A DNA stretch of 64,000 bases from Octopus sinensis (lineage: Eukaryota). The stretch is from contig NC_043002.1 of NCBI RefSeq assembly GCF_006345805.1, forward strand, positions 117,614,001 through 117,678,000, given 5' to 3'. Below, one piece after another: positions 49,549 to 62,039 of this stretch. Below the pieces are notes generated by a model. It was not told the DNA's origin. It worked only from the letters and a program-made list of their open reading frames with translations, and ran no database searches. Position 1 is the first letter of the stretch. Each line of letters begins with the position of its first letter. The position numbers were made by a program, and so were the translations under genes.

Positions 49549-49651
49549 ATCACCCGAAGAGACACATCTCCACCGTCGGATGATCCTGAACCAGTTAAAT
49601 ATCCTACCCGTGAGGGTTCGATGCTAGTTGTATCGAAACAATTGTAGTGAT
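49549..49651 (+). ncRNA. Hammerhead-like motif with CCGAAGA core and very long stem II region
   Basis: AUCAC-CCGAAGA-(74 nt)-GAAAC-AAUU-GUA-GUGAU; palindromic ACAAUUGU stem III. Confidence 0.45.
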
Positions 49652-49817
49652 TAATAAAAACTCTTATATCTTCCATCTTCCGTCTCTCGTTAACCAAATA
49701 CATAACGAACACTGTGAAAGTGACCATGCTTTACCAGTAAGCTACCAGGTATAAACCATTCGTTTTATTATCTACTATCTAATTATATGTGTGTGTGTGG
49801 TGTGTGTGCGCGCGCGC

Positions 49818-49851
<34 letters not shown>

Positions 49852-49854
<3 letters not shown>

Positions 49855-51240
49855 TGTCCCCCTTCTCTCTCTCTCTTCCTTTGCTTCTCTTTCTTTTCTT
49901 TTCCCTCTTCTCTGTCACGTGACTGTTGGCCGAAATCTGCCTTTCAGCCTGACCCTCGTCGTGTTAACATCGTTGTTTTTCGTCCGCCGCTATAAAGGCT
50001 TTTTCCAATGCGCCAGAGAAAAAATTTGTTTGCTTGGTTATCAGTCGTAAGACACTTGTTGTTTTCACCGTTAATGCTTCTGTATTTCATGTTTCTGTAT
50101 TCCATTATGTTTTTTATTTTTTTTTTTTATATCTGTCCCTTTTGCTGTCCTGGTGTTCGTATGCATTCGATCCTTCTTCCAGGAAATCTACGCTTCCAGC
50201 TTAGTTTTTCTAATGCTCGTTGCTTAGTTTTTCTTGGTGGGCTGGCCGTGATCTAGTAATCTCAAGATTAATCAGCCGAAATACTACGATGATCCGGTTC
50301 TTGACTGAAGACTGAGGGGTTCGAATGTCTTGTCCATGTTTATTGTATCGTCTTCTAAGAGTTATACGTTCTTGTCCATGTTGTATTTTTCTACATACTT
50401 AACATATATTCCAGGCGCCCGTACCCTCCTTATCATTAATGTGAACACATATTCTTAATAATTGGTACGACTCTCTGTTTGTCTCTCTCTCTCTCTCATT
50501 TTTACTTGATCTGTCCCCCTCTCTCTCTCCTTTCTCTCTATTCATCTTCTCTTTCCTCTGATCCTTTGGTCTAGTCTTCCACTACCCTCCTATTTCTTTG
50601 TCTCGCTCTGCACTCACAGATCATTCTTCGACACCATCCCTTCTCCTCTCTGATTCCTTCTTTCTCTCTTCTCTCTCTTTGTTGCGTTTTGTCCCCCTTC
50701 TCTCTCTCTCTTCCTTTGCTTCTCTTTCTTTTCTTTTCCCTCTTCTCTGTCACGTGACTGTTGGCCGAAATCTGCCTTTCAGCTCTGACCCTCGTCGTGT
50801 TAACATCGTTGTTTTTCGTCCGCCGCTATAAAGGCTTTTTCCAATGCGCCAGAGAAAAAATTTGTTTGCTTGTTATCAGTCGTAAGACACTTGTTGTTTT
50901 CACCGTTAATGCTTCTGTATTTCATGTTTCTGTATTCCATTATTGTTTCTTTTTTTTTTTTTTTTATATATCTGTCCCTTTTGCTGTCCTGGTGTTCGTA
51001 TGCATTCGATCCTTCTTCCAGGAAATCTACGCTTCCAGCTTAGTTTTTCTAATGCTCGTTGCTTAGTTTTTCTTGGAGGGCTGGCCGTGATCTAGTAATC
51101 TCAAGATTAATCAGCCGAAATTACTACGATGATCCGGTTCTTGACTGAAGACTGAGGGGTTCGAATGTCCTGTCCATGTGTTTTTGTATCGTCTTCTAAG
51201 AGTTATACGTTCTTGTCCATGTTGTATTTTTCTACATACC

Positions 51241-51244
<4 letters not shown>
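49852..51244 (+). repeat. Direct duplication of about 550 bp (49852-50402 and 50688-51244), related to 47900-48230
   Basis: Near-identical copies bounded by (TA)n; pLTR-like arrangement. Confidence 0.85.
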
Positions 51245-51289
<45 letters not shown>

Positions 51290-51689
51290 TGTGTGTGTGT
51301 ATATTATATATATATATGTCTGTATAACTAGCAGACATTCCTCCTCATTTTTTCCTCCCATTTTCCCATGTGAGTTTGCATGGTGGAATCGAGTAGCTGA
51401 ATGGTTTTGCAAATTTTCTCTCGATATTTACCATTGGAGCTAGACTTACATCTATGTTGTTTTATTATAATTCCATTTACATCTAAAATATTTTGTAGCT
51501 AAATCGACCCCATTACTTCGCTCTTAAATTTATTCTATCGATGGCCAGAAATGCGCTGCTTACTTACATAATCAATCAAGTAGCATTGGATAGTGTTATC
51601 TCCCCCGTGATTGGTATAGCAGCAATATCATGAACTGCTGGAAAAGCAATAGAGATGCTTTAGAAAGAAGAAAATGTAAACGTATAAAA

Positions 51690-52800
51690 ATGGTGAGCCA
51701 AATTAGGAATGCTACTGAAAGAGTTATAGCAAAGCTAATCAGTGAGATAATTAACTTAGATATGAGACAGTTTGAGTTTAGGCGAGAACTAAGAACGACC
51801 TAAATCCTCTTTCTAATCGGACAATCACAAAAAAAGTTCGTAGCCAAAAGTAAACCATTATATTTAGTATTCATTGGTTTATAGAAGGCCTTAAAAATGT
51901 TACTGGTGATCACTAAAAAAGATGGAAGTAAAGGGAAGGTTTGTGAGAGTCGTGCAAAACCCGTAGAGAAGTGTTATTAGCTAAACGAGAGCTTTCAACG
52001 ACCTCAGTAAGATATTCATGTAGGTGTTCATCAGGAACTTGGGTCTCAAATTTCTCCTCTTTTCATAACTCGACTGACTGTAACGGAGAAAGTCAACGTC
52101 AGAGCCTCCAAGAGAAATTTGGCAAAATAAAACAAAACAATTTTCAGGCTCCGAGATGGGAGGAGTGCGCAGAGCTTATTTTTCCCTTTTTTTTTAATGG
52201 ATTGCTCCAGCAGATATTCACATTACTGTCCTTGATCCAGAAACCCAAGGAAGAGCTAAATAAGGACTCAAAGTGATGCACTAGCTGAGTCATCTCTCAT
52301 GAGCGCCGTTTAAGACTGACACAATCTAGTTATCATACTTGATTCAGTAAAAAAATTTCAAAATTAAGCTCCTAATGTGGAAGCAGAGTCTAGAATCGAG
52401 ATCCTTAAAGGTCAATAAACAAAGACGAAAGTTTTACTTTCTAGGAGAAAACAGAATATTGCTACCAACAGGGAAAGTAATTATGCTCACTCTGACGACA
52501 GATGGTATATAGGAGTGGTATATTTAATGCAAACAAAAAGTTCACAGATGTGCTGTGTGTTTTCGGCAAGTCAAAAAAATTAAACTAAGTTAATTGTACA
52601 TGTGTTCTTTTATAAGTGCATGCATGGCTATATGTTTAAGACGAAAAGCTAATGATATTAGAACAAGAACAAGTTGAGATAAGAATACTGAAATTCTTAT
52701 GATTACATTTATATTGGCTGCAAAGAATATTAGTAAAAGGGTTGGCAACAAAAAACTTACTATAAAAAAAGGTCTACGTTTTTGTTAATTACAACCCTAA
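51690..52800 (+). pseudogene. Highly decayed RTE-clade RT
   Basis: Remnants LYLVFI...KA and VGVHQ. Confidence 0.55.
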
Positions 52801-53454
52801 TGGTGAACGTAACCAAAATTTCAATGACGTCAGTTCCTGCACTGAACATCAAACAATTTTGGATAAGTTCTTTGCCCCTTTAAGGAGATGATGATAATGA
52901 ACTACAAGATAGAAAATAGTAACCGTCATCCTCACAGTAACTCTTATTCTATCTCCACTTATAAGAGAGTTGTCAACATCTTTATTACGATCCTAACTTA
53001 TTTCACTCCAAATGTTTTTATGTATACATATTGTACAGTGTATGAAGGCGCGTAGCTTATTGGTTGGAGTATTCGGGTCATGATCATGAGTTCGATTCCC
53101 GGCAGAGCACTGTGTGTCCTTGAGCAAAACATTTTATTTCAAGTTGCTCCATCCACTCGGCAGACAAAAATTATTATTACCTGTATTTCAAAGGGTCAGC
53201 CTTGTCACATTCTGTGTCACGCTGAATCTCCTTGAGAACTACGTTAAGGGTACGCATGTCTGTGGAATGCTCAGCTACTTGCACGTTAATTTCATGAGCT
53301 GGCTGTTCCGTTGATTGGATCGACTGGAAGCTTTGTCGTCATAACAAACGGAGTGTCATTGTTTTGTGTATATTTAGAAATTGTTATTTTCATGCATAAA
53401 AGTAAATGTGTAGGTGTTTTTTGTTGTTGTTTTTTCTTGTCACCAGTCAGAACA

Positions 53455-54111
53455 TCTATATATATAAAACTGTAGTTGTGTGAGTGTCTGTCCCCTTCGA
53501 TTTAGATTCCTAACTACTCCCACATTTTGCGGTGCAGTTTAACCAAATTCGGGTATCTTATAGTCGTGATTCATATCGAGCCCGTCTGAGTATTAGCGCG
53601 CGTCTACGATGAGTCTACGATTTAAAAAATAATTTAACATCATTTTTTATTCCATTTTAATTTTTCGTGTGTCGATGGCGGCGGAGTTGGCGTCCACGCT
53701 CAAACACCTGCACCTGTTTGCTTCTCCCCCTTCTTCCCTCCCTCGTGAAGCTGTGGGGAAGGGAGTGTAAGGAAATCAACGTCGTAAAGCGTTGTCAAGG
53801 AGACCAGCGTTCTTTTAGAACGACTTCATGGCTTGAAGACACCAAAACAGAAATGGCTAAGAAAGCGTCTACGATGAGTCTACGATTAAAAAAAAAATTT
53901 ACCATCATTTTTTCCATTTTAATGCATTTTTTCGCTATTATATATGGGAAGTAACTCTCTAAAAATGTCTACGATGAGTCAACGATTTAAAAAAAAAATT
54001 ACCATCATTTTTTATTCCATTTTTAATGCATTTTTTTGCTATTTTTTCTCTAAAAATGCTTATATAGTTATTTCCCTTACAAACCCGAGCAACGCCGGGC
54101 GATACTGCTAG
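53455..54111 (+). mobile_element. Non-autonomous Helitron
   Basis: A|TC 5' end, subterminal hairpin CCCG...CGGG (54084-54099), CTAG|T 3' end, three internal GTCTACGATGAGTC repeats. Confidence 0.85.
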
Positions 54112-54692
54112 TATTATATAAAAATCAATGGGGATATTAATTTCGTGTTACAGATTTTTCACGTTACATCAAGTTTTTCATGGAATCATTGCTCCCGTGA
54201 CATGTGTGCGAGCGCGTGGGGTAATTCCAGTAGCGTGTTTATGCCGCGTTCCGCAACCATTTCGACAAATAAAGACTGGTGGAATAGCTAGTAGACTACA
54301 ATAAGTACGGAGGTTGATATGGTCGTCATAATTTATAAATGTGGTGCACCAGTATTCTCCCACTGAATCCTCTAAACAAATTCGATGGAAACAAATAATA
54401 AACTGCCTTGTAGTGTAAGGGAGATAATTAATTATTACAGTTCTTACGACTTATTTCCCTTGATATACCACTTTTTACTTGAATTTTCAGTGAGGTCTAC
54501 CAAAGAACATTTCTTTGATAAAAGGTTCTTCCAATAAACTTCAAACATGCAGATTTTAATGAAAGAAACGGCATCACAAAATCACCTAACCTTTCATCAC
54601 ACATATTTTATGAATGTTGCCTCCTGGCTTTAGCTAATTCCAATAATGTTACATTTGGCTTTTTTCTGTTTTCTTTTATTTTGTGCTGCTGT

Positions 54693-55094
54693 TTATTCAT
54701 TTATTAGTCTTTCGTCTTTTTGCAATTTTATGTAACTTTTGCAAAACGTTGGAAAGGGGATTTCATAACGTTTCTCACAAATGCGGCTTTGGCTCTGGTA
54801 GTGGATGAAAAGTTTTCTATTAGCGGCTTTTCTGTAGAATTTGGTAAATATAGAGTCTACCTCTGTGATCTTGAGCTGGAAGCTGAGTAGAGAGCGGGTT
54901 TCGGATTCGTCTGGATGTTCGAATTTGATGTTTATGTCAGGTTTATTGAAGATCTGGTGTATATTAATGGCCTCATCCCTTGAGGATATGATGATAAGGA
55001 TGTCATCAACGTACCTGGAGAAGAAGATGCATGAGTGACAGGTGTTGAATGCTGTGTGTTCTAGCTTATCTACATATACATATACTCTAAACAA
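54693..55094 (-). mobile_element. Penelope-like RT fragment
   Basis: FFSRYVDDILII...INIKFE...TKFYRK. Confidence 0.85.
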
Positions 55095-55188
55095 TGCTTC
55101 ATAGTAGTTATTCCATATATTATATATATATATATATATAATATATAATATACATACATATATATATATATATGTATATATATATATT

Positions 55189-55219
<31 letters not shown>

Positions 55220-55429
55220 GTATATGTATATATTATATATATATACATATAATAAATATTAGGGAATAAATCCAAATTTACAGGGAAAAAAAATCAGATT
55301 TAGGATTAAATCCAATTTTATAGTAAAATATTATAAAATATTATTAGAGACAAAACCACTATTTTGCAAAACAAACAAGGAAAGACTTAATCAATACATA
55401 TAATTTTAATAAATAGTCAAAAAAAACCG

Positions 55430-55472
55430 CCACTACAATCGTTTCTTGTCTTGATCGACAATCTTCAGGTGG
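55430..55472 (-). ncRNA. Type I hammerhead ribozyme with intact core
   Basis: CCAC-CUGAAGA-UUGUC(GAUCAA)GACAA-GAAAC-GAUU-GUA-GUGG; ACGAUUGU is self-complementary with G-U pairs. Confidence 0.75.
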
Positions 55473-55584
55473 ACTTCCAATCTAAAAGATCAAAATTTAA
55501 AATATAAAAATAATAATTTTAATAATTAAAGTATAATGAAAAAAATATAAGTATATAATCATATATAACCTATATATAATCCAT

Positions 55585-56628
55585 ATCGAAAATATAGACA
55601 AATTACCACGAATTCCCAAAAAAAAAAAAAAAAACCATGATAAAACAAAAACATATAACGATAAAATCTCCCTTTGCTAAACTCTAAAACAAACCTATAT
55701 AGTAATCCCCCTAACCTAAACATTCACACACAAATACACACACGTAAACCACAGATCCACGACTTATACACATACCTATACTAACTTATAAACCTCAATA
55801 TACACCAAAACCCACTCCCTCCCCACACAGACAAATTAACACATACATCCCAAAACCTAAATAACAAACCCATATACACATTCACACACAAACACACACA
55901 ACACGCAAAACACGCACACACAACAGATACCATACTCCCTCACATATACGCATATACATACTCACTAAACTCGACATATACAAACAATACTTACACACCC
56001 ACAAAAATCATTAATACATTTATGAGCTTTAACTCACCTTAGCAGCTCTAACAAACAACTTGCAGTAACCCAATCCCATTCTCTACTCTATGCCTACCTC
56101 ACTACTACACTATTCCATTCACAATTCCAAGCAACGCTAGTCCCCACCCGGTTATTCACGTGGCAAAACGAACACCACTAAAAATTATGAATGAAACAAT
56201 GTAAAAAATAACCAACATCGAAAATAGACAAATTACCACGAATTACCTAAAAAAAACCATGATAAACCAAAACTCATAAAAGCATATAACGATAAAATCT
56301 CCCTTTGCTAAACCCTATAACAAACTTATATAGCAATCCCCCTAACCTAACATTCACACACAAATACACACACGTAAACCACAGACCCAAGACTTATACA
56401 CAAACCTATACTAACTTATAAACCTCAAAATACACCAAAACCCACTCCCTCCCACACAGACAAATTAACACATACATCCCAAAACCTAAATAACAAACCC
56501 AAATACACATTCACACACAAACACACACACACGCAAAACACCACACACCACATACATATACTCCCTCACATATACGCATATACATACTCACTAAACTCGA
56601 TATATACAACAATATTTACACACCCACA
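55585..56628 (+). repeat. C/A-rich direct repeat of about 410 bp (55585-56000 and 56217-56628)
   Basis: Alignable by eye with scattered indels. Confidence 0.8.
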
Positions 56629-57750
56629 CTCATACAGATAAATAAATTAATTATACAACTAAAAACTCACAACCAATCTCATATACATAACACTCTATGA
56701 AAACAACATTAAATACATCGTAATTAACCAGAATATCAAAAATAACAATATGACATAAGGATAAATCAAATACATACTTACAATTCAGTTACAAATATGA
56801 AGTGAAATTAATTCTTAGCCGTTAAAAAACCAAACAAATTACGTTACCATAGAATAACTTATGTAAAAAAAGAATACGCGCCATAGAAAGTAAACGTCAT
56901 TCAAAAAATGAATGGAGAAATATAATAAATGGAACTAAAAACTATATCCCCGTAGCAACCAACGCTACTTAAAAAAATTATTATGAATGGATTCTTTAAA
57001 AACTACCATGAAAATCATTATATACATTTTGAGCTTTAGCTCACCCTAGCAGCTCTAACAAACACTTACAGTAACCCATAACTATTCTCGATGCATACCT
57101 CACTACCACATAATCCATTCACAATTCCAAGCAACGCTAGTCCCCACCCGGACAATTCCCAATTCCCACTCCACCCATTCATTCACAATTTAAACGACGT
57201 TCCCTTCACAAACGCTACATATAAGCCTCAACATATACACCGGAGATACACTTACACATCCGTGCGATGGGTGAGAGTATACATTAAGTGTAGTGATGGG
57301 GCTCCCATTTCTAAAATTTGTACCTGTGTGGTAGTCTCCATGTGTATATTCACGCACGGGTATAACAGGGGGGTACACGCTCACTTCATTGCGTGTACCC
57401 CTCACATGTACAATGCATACTATTTGGCTCGATATATGCAACAATGTAATCGCGCCCGTGTGTGTGAGCATTCACTGGTTGTGGATTCACCCATCTGGTG
57501 TGAGTGGGTGTAAACGTATCGCTGTGGAGGTCGAGCTTGATACGTATATATTAGTGTGTATTAGGGGTTGTACGTACTATTATGTGCATGTGCTTAACGC
57601 ACTTGCGTCCCCATGTATGGATGAATATATTGGGATTACTATGTTGGTGGTAAATGGGTATGGGGAGTCTTGTCATTGTATGGGTGTGGGTTTCATTTGT
57701 GATGGTGGTTAGTTGGTGATTATTAGTTGTTCTGTAATATTTGGGTTAGT

Positions 57751-57850
57751 NNNNNNNNNNNNNNNNNNNNNNNNNNNNNNNNNNNNNNNNNNNNNNNNNN
57801 NNNNNNNNNNNNNNNNNNNNNNNNNNNNNNNNNNNNNNNNNNNNNNNNNN
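57751..57850. other. Assembly gap (100 N)
   Basis: N run. Confidence 1.
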
Positions 57851-57892
57851 TATGTATATATATATATATATATATATATAAATATATCTAGC

Positions 57893-57943
<51 letters not shown>

Positions 57944-58018
57944 ATATATATAGATATATATATATATATTATTATATATATATATATGTATATATTATAT
58001 ATATAATATATATATATA

Positions 58019-58059
<41 letters not shown>

Positions 58060-58371
58060 ATATATATATATATATTACATTATATATATAATACATATAT
58101 ATTTATATATAATATATATACCATATAATTGCATATAGTATATATATATACATATATATATTTATAGAGGGTGAAAAATCGATATTAATTTAATAATACA
58201 TTAATTTACACCGAGTTCTTAGCACAAAAAACTACGGAGAAAATACAAATTTATACATAAATTATTAGAGAGTTAACCACTATGTGGATAATTTATGTAT
58301 ATGGATATGGATAATTTATGTAATAATTTATGTGTATATAATATATATATATATATATATATGAGAGCAGC

Positions 58372-59220
58372 TCACAAAGGACTTGGTGAGTGATGCCAAA
58401 ACACCCTCAGCCTTCTTGGCAATTTTAGCGATGTGTTTTGTCCAACGCAAATCACTGTCAACAATAACACCCAGGTCACGTTCACATGAAGACTTTTTGA
58501 GACTAGTGTTGTGGAGGGAGTAAGTAGACGCTGGGTTTCTCCTCCCAAAATGCACTTGTCCACAGCCAGCTTGAGTTGCCACTCCATGATCCACTGCTGC
58601 ATTGTGTCCAGGTCTGCTTGCAATAGAGATCTATAGTGTACAGGATCTGTCCTCTTTATTTCGAGGTACAACTTGATGTCATCTGCATATCTCAGTACTG
58701 TGGCTTTCTTTAAGTTGGCATCTATGTCATTAACATATGCAACAAATAAAAGGGGGCCAAGAACAGATCCCTGTGGTACACCAGATGTCATCTCATAGGG
58801 CGAAGAGTGCTGTCCTAGAACTGTGACAACCTCTTTTCGGACGATAATGAAGGACTTCAACCAGTTATAGAGATCATCTCTTACACCCATTGCAGAGAGT
58901 TTCACCATAAGTCTTTTGTGTGGAACAGAATTAAAAGCCTTTGCAAAGTCTAGGTAAACAACATCCACCCAGGATCCGCGATCAGTGATTCGGGTAATGT
59001 CCTCAAGAAACACGATGAGTTGATTATTGCAGCTGGAGTTAGGAATAAATCCAAATTGTGATGGGTGGATGTCACTGTGAGACTTCCAGAAGTTCCAGAG
59101 GGTTTCTCTGACACAGGGTTCCATCAGTTTGGCGATGCAGCTAGTAAGACTAATGGGGCGATAGTTGACAGGCGATGTTTGTTTAGATATCTCCCTAAGA
59201 GAAGGAAACTTTGTATCCAA
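58372..59220 (-). mobile_element. CR1-group LINE RT fragment
   Basis: NYRPISLTSCIAKLME, YLDFAKAFNSV, SGVPQGSVLGPLLF and YADD. Confidence 0.9.
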
Positions 59221-60292
59221 TGATGTAGACTACTTCTTTTGGGGCAAATGCATACATTACTTAGAGAATGGGATATATACATGCACACATACACACTCTC
59301 ATACGCACATTTGTATGCATGCATGTGTATATATGTATGTATATGTGTACACACACACACACACACACACACATTCACACACACACACACACGTTGTGGA
59401 ACCAGGTTTCCAGGTGATTTCTGTAAGGCTTGAGTAATTGTATAGTTTCTGGAGAATGGTGAAAGAATGAATGAGATTTATGAGGCTGTCTGTATGTTTT
59501 GTGGAAGTGTGGTAAGGTCATGTAGACATAGGTTGGAAAATGTGGGTGTGGACTTTATTCTGGCAATTGCCATTTCTGAAGTGTAATTCTTATCCATTAC
59601 AAAGGTCTGGGAATCTGATGGATAGTTTGATAGTCAGCATTTTGTGTTATTTTTTGTATGAGTGGATAGCAAGGAATGGAATTGAAACTATCGTTGCTGA
59701 TGTCAATAATAGTTACAGTAACATATGTGGGACTTGTTGTTTTGTTACTGGAGTCATCATGTAATTTCTGTGATAGGTTTGTGGTCGTATGGTGGTCAAA
59801 TGAAACCACGTTATGAAATGGAGTACAAGATATATGGGATAGAAATGTCAAGGTTTAGTCTTTGAATTTTTGAATGTGTGTGCATAGGAGGCTGATGGGT
59901 CTGCATCATGTTAATTCACTTACACTTTTGTTTACCTTTTGTATTTTTGTAGTTTTATTCAGTTTCCAGATTCTGGGAATTTGACAATTTTACTTCTAGT
60001 AGTTGTAGATGATGAATGCATTGATTTCCTTAAGCCTAAAGTGTTTAGGTATTTCTCTTTGATTTTGTTTGGTTTTAAAGCTTTTGAATTTTTAGATATC
60101 CCTTTTGCTAATTTTGGGTGGCTTATGGAAGAAAGGGGGCAAAATTATATCTCTATAGTGTTTTAATACAAGTTTTTGGTTATAATATATATATATATAT
60201 TGGTGTCCTGTACACATATATGCGTGTATATGTACATGTAGAGGTAGGTACGTACATATATGTTTATATATATGCATATGTTCTATTTTATT

Positions 60293-60334
<42 letters not shown>

Positions 60335-62039
60335 ATCATCATAATGAGTAAGATGATTTGACTGGAGTTGGCCATGTAGAAGACTGCACCAGCCTTCTGT
60401 GTCTGTTTTGGCTGGTTTTTACAGCTGGATGCCCTTCCTAACACCATCCACCATACAGAATAGACTACATATATATATAGGCACAGGTATGGCTTTGTGG
60501 TTAAGAAACATCCTTTGCAACAACATGGTTTGGGGTTCAGTCCCACTGCACAGCACCTTGGGCAAGTGTCTTCTACCATAGCACTGGGTTAACTGATACT
60601 TTGTGAGTGGATCTGGCAGATGGAAATTCTGTGAAAGCCTGTCATAGATATGCATATCTTTTGTATATTTGTGTTTGTCCCCATAACTTATAAATTTGGC
60701 AAAAGGGTCTGCTAGAATAAGTATCAAAATTTAAAAAAATAAATGCTGGAGTTGGTCCGTTTGACTAAAACTCTTCAAGGCAGTGCTCCTGCATGGCCAG
60801 AGTCCAGTGATTGAAACAAGTGAAAGATGCATGTTTATATGGCATTCCGTTAGTTACGACAGGGGTTCCAGTTGATCTGATCAATAAAACAGCATGCTTG
60901 CGAAATTAATGTGCAAGTAGCTGAGCGCTCCACAGACTTGTGTACTCTGAACATAGTTTTCAGGGAGATTCAGCGTGACACAGAATGTGACAATGTTGGC
61001 CCTTTGAATGACAGGTACTACTCATTTTTCCAGCTAAGTGGACTGGCACCATATGAAATAAAGTATCTTGCTCAAGGACACAACGCATTGCTAGGAATTG
61101 AACTCATGACCTTACAATAGTAAGCCAAATACCCTAACCACTAAGCCATGCGCCTTCACAAGATACATGTATACATAAATAATTTATAAAAGGAGAGTAG
61201 ATTGGTAATAATTTAGTGATAAAATTGCAGCTGTTGTTTATGGTAACCAAGTTAAACAGAAAAGGAGTTGAAAAATGTTGATAGAAAATGCTTAGATGGA
61301 AGTATGTGTGAAAGCGGGGGGGGGGGGGTAGAGTGTATGCTTGTGTGTGGGGAGAAAGAAAGAACAAATATGCATTGTGTGTGTCTGATCTTGTGTATGG
61401 CTGTGTATGTGTTTATGAAAGAATGTGTGTGTGTGTGCATGAGGAAGAAAGGATGTGTGAGGTATTTTGTGAGTATGTATGTTTGTATTTACTAATGCTC
61501 TTTAGTCTTCAGTCAGTTGCAATTCTGTTTTGGTCTTGTGATATAACATTTCTGCATTGGGGTTGAAGGAAACCAGCTTATCATGTCTCATAGAAATTGT
61601 GCAAGTCTAGGCATGTGGATGATGATTGCGTGGGAAGTTCAGGGTGGTATCATTTGTATCAATAGAAGTACATCATTGGTATAGAGAATGAAACTTGTAG
61701 CAGACATAAAACTGGACTTAGGTGAACATAACAGTTGATAGAAATGAGGTGGAGTGAACACCTTTGATATATTCTGCAATGCAATTGTTTGGCAGGGAAT
61801 TTCATCTTCAAGAAAGAAGAAACAAATGTAGACCAACAGATGTAGCCCCTAACAAATGTAGACCAACTTAGATAAAATTTTTTCGTACCAGGTAGAGTTG
61901 AAGGTTTTATTCGTGTCAAAATCAGCAATATTGGAATTGCTGTAATTCTCAATAGAGAAATACCTTTGGTGAGTGAAGTAAGACAACAAATTTTTAGTTG
62001 ATATGTTACTTTGGAAACTTAAAGTCACTGAAGATGATG

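Noticed and set aside
48130-51175. CTGAAGA-N11-GAATG-N4-GTC shared by 48139, 50302 and 51145
   Set aside because: Conserved spacing, but no stem I or III pairing could be built in type I or type II topology.
51980-52040. - strand CUGAUGA...GAAA
   Set aside because: Stems do not pair; the site lies in a decayed RTE RT.
59400-60180. Possible decayed Penelope N-terminal region on the - strand
   Set aside because: Too degenerate to support by eye.
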